This document shows positions 43,495 through 64,000 of a stretch of DNA of 64,000 bases, in pieces. The stretch comes from a bacterium (GTDB lineage: Bacteria; UBA8248), in assembly GCA_965213685.1 (NCBI GenBank), contig CBDBZY010000064.1, positions 1,056,001-1,120,000 of the forward strand. The letters run 5' to 3'. A model generated the notes under the pieces. It was not told where the DNA came from and ran no database searches. It saw only the letters and a program-made list of their open reading frames with translations. Position 1 is the first letter of the stretch. The number at the start of each line of letters is the position of its first letter. The translations under genes and the position numbers were made by a program.

Positions 43495-45675
43495 GATGAT
43501 GTTGTTAACATTGTTGCATCTAGAGGAAAGGCTGAAGCCGTCAATGCCCATTTCACGAGCTGTTTTGTTCTTCCAATTGTTCATAGCTACTAGTATAAAC
43601 TTGACCACTAGCCCAAGTTTTTTTCAAACTTTATCTGCCAAACGTTTCGACCTCTCTACGGAGGTATTCAGTGGCAATGACAAAAAACACAACGCAACAG
43701 CTACAAGTAGAGGCACCACAAAAGAGGAAGACCAACAAAGTCAAAATTAGCAGACCAAGGGAGACAAAGGACAAACTCCAGTATACAAATGATGATACTT
43801 AAGAAGAATAGAAACACAGACAAAAGTATACAAGCACCTACAAGTACATCATAAACACATTACAGGCCATCATTGCAAGAATAATGGAAACCCTTTCACC
43901 CTAGCAACACTTAGTAAAAGCACAAAAATAGGTACAAGGAGAAAAATAAACACTATCATAACAACCATAAAAACCAAATTAAAAATACGAAGCAAAAAAA
44001 TAGATAAGATAAAAGTAAAAAAATATGCACACATCCTCGCCAAACCACAAACAACCAAAAACAGGCACGACAAAAACAGTTCAACAACATGCCAGCTGTC
44101 GATACACCTGGGGAAGCTGACTCTGGTCCCTGACAGCTGCCACTTTTCCACTCCTGATGAGATCTCAGATCTGCTTGCAGTGAGGAGGAGGTAGAATTTC
44201 TTCTTTCATTTGTTGACCCCAACAAAGCCACTGGTCCTGATGGCATTATCAGCAAAAATGCTGAAGTCAACAGCCGCTAGTATTGCACCTGCAGTTACAG
44301 CAATCTTCACTTTGCCTCTGATTCAGGGTTGGTTGCCTATAGAGTGAAGAGTAGCTCACGTCATACCAATACCCACGTCTGAACAACTATCCAGTCCTAC
44401 TAACTACAGACCTGTTCCTTTGCTCTCTATTGCGAGGAAAAGTATGTGCAACTCATCTACTTGACAATTTTCAGGACTACCCCTATCTCTGCTCAACAAT
44501 GGGGCTTTCCTGAAGAAGTCCACTACTGGTGCTCTATATACTATAGCAACATATGCATGGCATATGGCTCTTGAAGCAGGAAAGGATGTTTGTTGTGTAA
44601 CTTGACAAAGGCTTTTGATAAGGTTCCACATTTACCTCTGCTACAAACACTTGCTGAATTTGGTTATGACTATGATTATCAGAGGTCCCAGTTTGTAGTT
44701 GTGAATGGTGAGAGGTGGAAGTGCCCAAATTGTCATCTCCTGAGTACCTCAAGGATCTGTGCTTCTCTTCATCATCTACTCGGATGGAATAACACAACTT
44801 CCACTTCATGATGGATCTCGTTTATTGCTCTATGCTGATGACATTTCACTGTATCACAAAATACAAGTTCAAGTGGACTATCAACATCTGCAACAGGATA
44901 TTGCTACTCTGGAAGCATGACTACAATGAATGCTACCAAATGTAAGTACATGGTTTTGTTGAGGAAGCACAATCCCATCAGTCCCACACATCACTTAGCA
45001 ATCTGTGGAACTCCTATAGAAAGTGTTTTTGAGCTTAAATACTTAGGAGAGTCCTTGTTATTCATCTTGGAAATTTCATATACTACAGATATTTAAGAAG
45101 GCTACTCTGGAAGCATGGCTGCATCAAAAATACTTGCAATTGAATGCTACCAAATGTAAAACACCATGCCATTTATTCCGCACATCACTTAGCAATCTGT
45201 GGAGCTCCTATAGAGAGGTTAAGTACTGAGGAGTGTGCTTGACACAGACATGTCAAGTGACCCGCCTTTCGCGAGTTGGGCACGGTCAAACCCGCTAACC
45301 CGCAACGTCTATCTATAAACCCGCATTTGCGGGGAAACGTTTTAAAATGCTTCAAATGATTATTTTTGAGTAAAATATGGTTTTAAATACTAGTTTTATC
45401 GGTTCAAATGCATATTGACGACGTAAAGGGCGCGTGAACGCCAGAATATTCGCGCGAAACTGCGAAGAAAAGGGGGCGTGTCTATCAGGTTTGCGCGCGC
45501 GGTAGCAGGGTGAACGCCGGCGGACACCCGTTCAGACATCACAACCTTGGCATGTCTGTTGTCACGCAATTCATCTTGGAAATCTCATATACTACAGATA
45601 CCTAAGAAGGCTAGGAAACAAGCAGGTATTATTTGTAGAACCTTCTATACAGATCCTGACTACTTGAAGCTATTG
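43495..45675 (+). mobile_element. Decayed non-LTR retrotransposon (CR1/L2-like RT) with nested insertions
   Basis: Fragments DPNKATGPDGI, NYRPVPLLS, QQWGF, KAFDKVPH, VPQGSV, LLYADDISLY, LQQDI with stops and frameshifts; interrupted at ~43570-44080 and ~45246-45558 (CAGACATG..CATGTCTG TIRs). Confidence 0.8.
43636..43676 (-). ncRNA. Degenerate minimal hammerhead motif in a Penelope-like insert
   Basis: Minus strand TGCCA-CTGAATA-CCTC.CGTAGA.GAGG-TC-GAAAC-GTT-TGGCA: stem I, stem II and palindromic stem III present; core G8 is replaced. Confidence 0.45.
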
Positions 45676-46502
45676 TATCAGAGAGTCGGTAGACTCTCTA
45701 TGTAGGGATGGCGCCGACACTCCCATAGTGCGCGTACATTGGAAAGCCTTCTTAACTCGCGAATACTCGCGTTTTAAGCCTTTCTCGGCACGCGAATGGC
45801 CTATTCGACCGCTTCTCTACCCAACGATACCCCACAAGTAGCTAGAATGCATTCCTTGACTTACTGCCAGATAATGGACGAAAGGTGATTTTGTTTTTCT
45901 TTCTTATTCTTCTTCTTCTTCTTTTCTTACGAGATTTCTTTCAAACGACTTTACTCGAAAGTGGCTGAAGTAATCACCATAGTTCTTTCACAGATCTACT
46001 GTAATCACTACGAAGTATGATCTCTGCTAACAAAATGTTAGTATCTTCTCTACTATGGGCAGAATCTAGAACCCCAGACAACTTTACCATATTTGGAAGC
46101 CATTTTCTAATAATTATTGTCACGTGGCGCAAATTGTAAGCACGTGAGGGCGGGCCTCGCGAAGCCACGCCTATTAATTTCTCGATGGCCAAGGCTACTC
46201 GTCTTTTGTCACTGAAAAGAGCGCGTTCTTACTTCGCCGTACGATTGTACAACGAACGTTAATGTAACTGGTATGAGTTAGCTAGTCAGATACACTGAGG
46301 AAACTACTCTAGCTCAGGACTTTTTAGAGGGGCTCAGCCAGGCTCCCAACTTCGTAAGTGACAGAACACGAGGTTTACCCACTCGTATCTCCGCCGCTGA
46401 CTAGTAGCAATGGCTGCTCTGATCACTGATATGTTTGTTGGATTTTGAATGAAACTTGTAAGAACATTTTGTGTACTATTGTACAAGAAAAAGTATACAA
46501 AC

Positions 46503-46866
46503 AAGTATGAAAAACATTTTCCAAAAATGTAGAGGGATGTAGGGATGGCAGTGCCAAAAACCACAGAAACTAGGTGTAGAGATGGCAGTGTACAGGCAAG
46601 ACAGGATATAAAAAGACTACACAAGCAACCCCATCCCTACATCTTTCTTTTTTCTCACCGCATGGCATTGATTTTCCCAGAATTGTCATAGCTAAACTCA
46701 CAGAACAATTTCAAGGGGAAAGAAAGATGTAGGGATGGGGTTGCTTGTGTAGTCTTTTTATATCCTGTCTTGCCTGTACACTGCCATCTCTACACCTAGT
46801 TTCTGTGGTTTTTGGCACTGCCATCCCTACATCCCTCTACATTTTTGGAAAATGTTTTTCATACTT
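46503..46866. mobile_element. Young foldback/MITE: ~148-bp perfect inverted arms, ~68-bp spacer
   Basis: 46503-46650 is the reverse complement of 46719-46866 with no mismatch seen by eye; other copies at 49-352 and a solo arm at ~60045-60128. Confidence 0.85.
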
Positions 46867-47559
46867 TATCTATACTGTTGCTGTTTAGCGAATAGCGTTG
46901 GTGCTCAGCATATACCGCTACTGTTTTATTTATTATACACACACCACTAAAGGTGAAAACGTACAACAAAAAAGAACAGAAAATAACAACAGTGTAGCTA
47001 TATAACATCGTCAAGTGGAGAAAATCGACCAAAAACAATTCTGCAATATCGAATGACTTCAGCACACAGCATATCCTCAGAAGAATACATTTTTATATGT
47101 CGATGACCAAAATTGAAGTTATAACCGGTGAAGGAATATGCACACTGAGATGCTTCTTTGAAGACATACTTAACAAGTGGCGAGAGAGATGATCAGCGCG
47201 AGAAAGCATAGAATTAAACCTCATAATATTATACAACATATTAGACACTGAGGCATAAATTGGGGGGGCTGACAGAGCGCAAAGCCTTTAAACACTTTGG
47301 GGAGGAACTTATATGTCAGCAAGAATCAGGCCTAAAATATTGAGGGGGCTCTGCCCCCTCCAGAATAATATTGGGGGGGCTCCAGCCCCCCCAACCCCCC
47401 CCCCTTCCTACGTCTATGTACTACCATACAAAATTGCTAGACAAGATAGTTCTTTACAAAGAGATCTGCGAATGGAAATACACACTGAACAAAGTTAGCG
47501 TAGAGTCATATCTTTTGTTGCCCTTATAATATCAGATGTATCATCCAAATTGTAAGACA

Positions 47560-48090
47560 GTACATGCCCGAGACAAGTGATTGTGTCCATGAAGTCCAGA
47601 GCAATACCACCAAAGTTAATACAATCTTTACATGAAGATGAGAAGGACAAACCAAATCTGATTAATTGAGTCTTTTCTGCATTGAACTTGAGGCCATTAG
47701 ATAGTGCGAATTCCTCACAAGTTTTAGCATAATTCGTAAAGCAGATGGACTCGGAGCTAGTAAGGCTATGTCATCTGCATAACATACTGCACCAATGACA
47801 TGAGTCCCCCAATAACATCCACAGACAGCTTCTGCAATAATTACACAGCAAACAACACAGGAGACAACACACTATCTTGACGAACACCATTAGAAACAGA
47901 AAAGGAATGAGATACACAAGAATTTCAGTGAACACACATGATGACTGCTATACCAACTTAGGAGAAAACGAAGAATAGGATTTGGGAGACCACGAGAATG
48001 AAGAATATAAAAAAATATGCCATGATCCACCAAATCAAATGCTTGGCTTGTATCTAAAAAGCAGCAATAAACCTTAGATCCTTTATAGAA
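47560..48090 (-). mobile_element. Decayed non-LTR RT fragment
   Basis: Minus-strand remnants YCCFLDTSQAFDLVDH, SHSFSVSNGVRQDSVLSP, CYADDIALL. Confidence 0.7.
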
Positions 48091-48499
48091 ACAATATTCT
48101 ATAGAGGTGGCCAGTAGCGTCTCTGTTTAGTATATACCGTTTCTGTTTAGCCAGTAGCGTTGGTATTTAGCCAGTGACGTTGATGTTTAGCAAATAGCGT
48201 TTGTGTTTAGCGAATCCAGCGGATTTCAGTTCCGTTCCCCAGGCGCGCGTATTGTACATGTGCGTGTACGTGTATTGGGCGTGGTGTACGCATTGCTCGA
48301 AACAACTTTTCATGTGTGTTGGACTGTTTACGAAAAAAGAGAATGTCCGCTGAACCAACCAGAAGAATTAGGGAACGCCAAATGGGACAAAAATTGGACA
48401 AAAAGCGAGGGTTCATTCGTATACCTGTGAAATTGTCGAATGTCGTGCAAAGGGACGCGAATGTCGTTTAAATAGAATCGATGATTCGAACGCGTAGCC

Positions 48500-48720
48500 T
48501 ACGAAATCGGTGGTCAACCGCAAATCGAGTGCCCATCTGAAAACGAGTGCCGTTTTGAAATCGAGTGCCTATTTGAAATCGGCGGCCTACAGTGTCGATT
48601 TAACCGATTGAAAACGAGTACCGATTTGAAATCGAGTGCTTATTTGAAATTGGAACTCCGATTTGAAATGGGGTACCCATTTGAAAATGAGTGCCTATTT
48701 GAAATCGAGCGTCTACCGTA
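48500..48720. repeat. TTTGAAATCGAGTGCC ~18-bp subterminal-type repeat array
   Basis: About 9 degenerate copies of TTTGAAA(T/A)CGAGTGCC. Confidence 0.65.
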
Positions 48721-48770
48721 AACGTTCGAATTACAGCGCCAGAAAAATTACATTTTCACCTTGGCGCGTA

Positions 48771-51570
48771 TAATATTAATAATAATAATAATAAATTTTA
48801 ATGACATTGAGAGGCCCAAGGTGGCCCATTAGTCATACAATAACAACACGCAACATTAGTGCAGTTCACACATGAAAGAGCCGTTGCTGTCTGTGATGGA
48901 GAGAACAATAGATATACCAGGCCAATTTTCTTATAACGCGAACATTGTCAAAAAGGTAGACCATTTTCTCTGTGGCAGACATTGCACTGAAACCAGGCTG
49001 ATGTTGTAATGCTGTGCCAAACAAATCTTGCTGAAACTGCTCCAAAGGTTTACAATCATGAATGAAATGACACTCATCTTCAACTTCTCCGCTCTTGCAT
49101 ACTGTGCAGTAACGCATGCGCGCGCAGTTCTGGTGAAATAGGAGGCTTATGGTACCTTCCAACTTCAATTTGCAAACCATGACAACTGGTTCGGAACCTG
49201 GCACGAGCTATTAAATGAGACCTATTAGTCACAGCTGACAGGTAGTGTTCCCATGCAAAGACTGTTTTGAAGGTACGATATGTTCGCAGTTTATTATTAC
49301 CTTCACTAACGCGGATGTCATTCCATAGATCGTCTGTCCATTTCGTAATAAAAGCTTCCTGTAAACACTGTCCAAACTCCTGCAAATTTATTTGACTTGC
49401 AGTAGTGTTCTGTCTTGGCTCATATTTCCTTAAAATTTCACATATGCTTCTATTCCAATTCTTCCAGAGGTATTCTTTAACAATTCTAGTGCATCCACAA
49501 CTAGACATGGTGCTGTGGTATGGATTCTCACATAATACTTAATTGCTCTATAAAAATTCCTTAACCACTGAGGGTAAGTGCCAGTTTCACCATACACTGT
49601 TAATAATAATAATAATGACATTTAGAAGCCCAAGGTGGCCCTTTAGTCATACAATAACAACAACAACATACCACATTAGTGCAGTTCACGCATGAAAGAG
49701 CAGTTGCTGTCTGTGATGGAGAGAACAATAGATATATCAGGCCAATTTTCTTATAACGTGGACATTGTCAGACTCAAAAAGGCAGACCATTTTTCTGTGG
49801 CAGACATTGCACCGAAACCAGGCTGATGTTGTAATGCTGTGCCAAACAAATCGTGCCGAAACTGCTCCAGAGGTTTACAATCATGAGTGAAATGACACTC
49901 ATCTTCAACTTCTCCACTCTTGCATACTGTGCAGTAATGCAGTTCTGGTGGAATGGAGGCTTGTGGTACCTTCCAACTTCAATTTGCAAACCATGACAAC
50001 TGGTTCAGAACCTGGCAAGAGCTATTAAATGAGACCTATTAGTCACAGCTGACAGGTAGTGTTCCCATGCAAAGACTGTTTTGAAGGTACAATATGTGCA
50101 CAGTGTTTATTACCTCCACTAACACAGATGTCATTCCATAGATCGTCTGTCCATTTCATAATAAAAGCTTCCTGTAAACACTGTTCAAACTCCTGGAAAT
50201 TTATTTGACTTGCAGTAGTGTTCTGTCTTGGCTCATATTTCCTTAATATTTCACATATGCTTCTATTCCAATTCCTTACAGAGGTTTTCTTTAACAATTC
50301 TAGTGCATTCACAACTAGAAAATGACTCCTAGGTAACAATTATGATGACACTTGGTGTAATATGGATTCATCATATGTCCAGGTGAATGAAAAAGGTTGG
50401 TTTCCAAAAACTAACACTTTGGTTTTATTCTGGTTCACAGAAAGGGCCCATTCTAAACAATATTCATGAAGTACATCCAGAGCCGATTGCAAATCCATTG
50501 GATTATCTGCCAGTAAAACCGCAAACATTAGGCCTGGTATTCTACGTGATGCTAACATAACACCACTGCAACCCTTTAATGCATCTAGTAAATCACATGT
50601 AAACAGAGTATACAATATGGACACCCCTGCTGAACATCAACGTCACATCTGAAACTTTCTGTAGCGCCCCCTTCCAGTCGAATGCAGCATCTCGCTTTGG
50701 CATATGTATTTATGAGTAGGTTCAATACCTTCATACTCACTCCAATGCAGGATAGTTTTTGCCACAGTAAGTGGTGTTGCACTGAGTCAAAGGCCTTCTT
50801 AAAATCTACAAAGCAACAATAGAGGTTTTTACGCTTGGATTTTGCATTCTCTATCAATTAAGGCATTCAATATAAAAATTGCATCCACTGATCTGTGGTT
50901 ACCACGAAAACCAAACTGTTCCACTGGAATAATTCAGCCCACAAATAGAGCCTGTTTGATATAATAGCAAACAGAAGTTTAGCAATAACTGGTAGAAGTG
51001 TAATTCCTCTATAATTGTTGACATCCAATTGTCTCCACTCTTGTGGATTGGAACAATAATCCCAGTACACCAGTGATGAGGAATATGGCTTGTTTCTAGA
51101 ATTTTATTCCATAAATGAACTAATAGGTTCAAGTAGGGTTGGGGGAGCACTTTGTAAATACATCATAATACCATCCACTCCAGTGCTTTACCATTCTTCA
51201 TTTATTTTAAAACTGCACACAATTCATCTGTTGAAATTCTTGCATCGAGTATATCATCCATCACATTCGAAACTGGTTGAAATGTTGGGTATGTATTCCC
51301 CTTTGTTTGATGTAAACTCATTCCATTGATTCACGCTTCTTTAGCCTAGTCAGCTTCTTGAATTTCCTTTTCTCGTTGTAAAACAGCTCTCTGATGTGGA
51401 ATTTGTGAGATCTGACTTCCAATTATTTAAAGCTTGCTTGGTAACACGTTTCTGACTTCTACACTCATCATCAAACCAACAATTAGTTGGTCTCTTCGAA
51501 TTCTTATTTTTGCAGTAAATTAGTACTCCTGAGGCAAACTCTAACTCTTTGATGTGTGCTTCCAGCACTT
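48771..51570 (-). mobile_element. Decayed LINE (RT + C-terminal CCHC, RTE-X-like) with duplicated 3' end and (TTA)n tails
   Basis: WFDDECR, NNYRGITLL, CCFVDFKKAFDSV, LQSALDVLHEYCLEWALSVNQNKTK, RFRTSCHGLQIEVGRY..YCTVCKSGEVEDECHFIHDC; 48800-49505 duplicated at 49615-50319; TAA runs at 48771-48794 and 49601-49615. Confidence 0.8.
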
Positions 51571-51949
51571 TCAGTCACATTCAAACCATCTATGCTAGCT
51601 TCCAGTCTTTGCACCTGGTCTCTCATAGTAATGACCTCTAAAAAATGGTCCATCTTTGTAACATCAAGTTTGAAATGTCTGGAGTTTTTATCATGCTTGC
51701 TATGCTGTGGAGCACAAATAGAGCCTCCATGACTTTGGATAAGACAGTGGTCTGAAACAAGAACTGTAAAATACTTCCCTTCCCAGGTGGCGCATTAATT
51801 CGGGTGGCGCTTCCTAATTGCAACGAATCAGCGTGCACTAGTCCAGGCCCGTGACCAGGTTTGTCTGAAAGGGGTTACATTTTTCGAGGAAACGTATGAT
51901 CAGAACAGTGCACATACTGCTATCCGAAGCTACAGGGGTCAAAGGTCGG

Positions 51950-53010
51950 CTTTTTCCCACTACAGTACTGCAAAGTGGAAAACCTTTTCTCACTACAGTA
52001 CTGCAAACTGGAGAACCTTTTCCCACTACAGTACTACTGCAAACCCAGAAACCTTTTCCCTCTCCAGTACTGCAAACTGGAAAACTACTACAGTACTGCA
52101 AACCCGGAAACCTCCCACAACAGTACTGCAAAACTGGAAAACCTTTTCCCACTACAGTACTGCAAAACTGGAAAACCTTTTCCCACTACAGTACTTCAAA
52201 CTGAAGAACCTTTTCCCACTACAGTACTACTGCAAACCCAGAAACCTTTTTCCACTATATACAGTACTGCAAACCCGGAAACCTTTTTCCACTACAGTAC
52301 TGCAAACCTGGAAACCTTTTCCCTCTCCAGTACTGCAAACTTGGAAAGTACAGTGATGTAAACCTGAAAACCTTTTTCCACTACAGTACTGCAAAACCCT
52401 ACTACAGTAACCTTCTTCCTCTCCAGTACTGCAAACTCTGAAAGTACAGTACTGTAAACCTGAAAACCTTTTTCCACTACAGTACTGCAAAACCCGGAAA
52501 CCTTCTCCCACTCCAGTACTGCAAACTGGAAAACCTTTTCCCACTACAGTACTGCAAACTGGAGAACCCTTTCCCACTACAGTACTACTGCAAACCTAGA
52601 AACCTTTTCCCACTACAGTACTGCAAACCCAGAAACCTTCTCCCACTCCAGTACTGCAAACCCAGAAACCTTTTCCCACTCCAGTGCTGCAAACCCGGAA
52701 ACTTCTCCCAGTCCAGCACTGCAAACTGGAAAACCTTTTTCCACTACAATACTGCAAACCTGGAAACCTTTTCCCACTACAGTACTGCAAACCCGGAAAT
52801 CTTTTGCCACTACAGTACTGCAAACCCGAAAACCTTCTCCCATTACAGCACTGTAAACTTGAAAACCTTGTTCTAATACGGTACTGCAAACCCGGAAACC
52901 TTCTCCCAGTGCAGTACTGGAAACTTGAAAATCTTTTTCCACTACAGTACTCAAAAACCCGGAAACCTTCTCCCACTCCAGTACTACAAACCCAGAAACT
53001 CTTTCCTACT
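51950..53010. repeat. ~33-bp minisatellite (ACTACAGTACTGCAAACCCGGAAACCTTTTCCC), ~30 copies
   Basis: Visible tandem array with internal CAGTACTG palindrome; explains the overlapping low-complexity ORFs. Confidence 0.9.
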
Positions 53011-53365
53011 ACCTTTTCGTGCTCGCGAACAGCGCTTGCGCTCTACGTTGTGAATTGGGGATGCACGGAGTTGTAAACGGATTAACGACGAAAACCCAAC
53101 GCAGTTAGTGTAATAATTCCCAGTACGGAACTGGGCCTAGGTTTTCGAGCCGGGTGAAATCGCACTTTTGTAAGCGAAAGGGTTAACAGTCCTTGCTGCG
53201 AAAGGTCGGTTGCAGTCCCGTTGTACTGCTAGGCGCTTGCCTGGCTGGTCAGGCTCCATCTACCCTGTAACCACCACGTGAAATACACACGTAGGTATGT
53301 CTACCATGCATTGGATGTGCTTTTTGTCTGTGTCGGCTCACCCACTATTTGATTTTAGACCGATC

Positions 53366-63154
<9,789 letters not shown>

Positions 63155-64000
63155 CACTTTCAGACTACATATGTTGTATTTTTGTATGTCCATTGTAAAA
63201 TGAATGCTCTTTGTGGAAGCTAAGAGTCATACTGATGCATGAATCTCAAGATGAGCCTGCTAACAGGAAGCACAAGTACAACCTACATGTAAACCATATG
63301 ATGGGCCAACCTGCATGATCTAGCTGACACAGCAAGTGACATGCAGTTTCCTGTGCGTACATGCTACTGGGAGAACATGTACATGTATGTACGCCCACTT
63401 GCAGTGACATTCTAGTACCTCAAGAACAGTGAGCTTGATGAGACTTTGTCAGTTGTCATTTCAATGACTAGTCTGTGATATGTTAAAGAGGAATCAAAGC
63501 CAGCTAGCAGAGGCAGGGGATATAGAATAGCCACAAAACCAAGCAGGTGGAGGCAACGTCAACTGAAGATACCTCACCTGATACATGTAGCTCTGTCATC
63601 TAAGTCATGAAGTTAAACCATCACTGTCAAGATGATCCTGCATGGCCATCTAGTCCCAATGTAACTAGGCACAGGAGTAATACATGTACTTCCACTAATT
63701 GCCCATAATACTCAGTAGGGACTGTTCGTTAGAAATACATGTACTGGAGAAGATTATTCATAAATTCTGTCGTCTAAGTCCTGAAGTTAACCCATCACTG
63801 TCAAGAATAGTTTCTGGGCATATATTTCCTTCACAACACTTTAGACCCAGCGTTTAAATGAGGAAGGTGTCTATTCAAGCATAGATACTATATTATTTTA
63901 TTATAGTTTGTCATGTTTATTATGTTATTTTATATCCCTTATATCTGCATCATACAATTCTTTCTTTCCCACATATTGCTATACGTGTCCTGAGTCATGG

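Noticed and set aside
51838-53076. Overlapping Cys-rich ORFs on both strands
   Set aside because: Products of the 33-bp minisatellite.

Overview
Eukaryotic, intron-rich, repeat-dense animal DNA. Short GT-AG introns, abundant (TACATG)n, (CA)n and (GA)n tracts and the gene content suggest an early-branching marine invertebrate, possibly a demosponge (inference only). Manual splicing supports eight protein-coding genes: a carbohydrate sulfotransferase (-), CFAP96/C4orf47 (-) with an RFX X-box upstream, an intronless D-amino-acid/D-aspartate oxidase with PTS1 (+), a 14-exon cathepsin X/Z with TWO complete catalytic domains (-), three paralogues of an unusual single-Cys thioredoxin-fold/coiled-coil/SAP-like protein (+,+,-) and a type II-anchored M19 membrane dipeptidase (+). 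A cathepsin X pseudogene repeats the head-to-head cathepsin/thioredoxin-like arrangement in inverted orientation. The remainder is decayed LINEs, many MITE/foldback elements, a tRNA-cloverleaf repeat family, a repeat-spacer-like array family and two hammerhead-ribozyme-like motifs. Exon coordinates were read by eye and most listed short ORFs are spurious.
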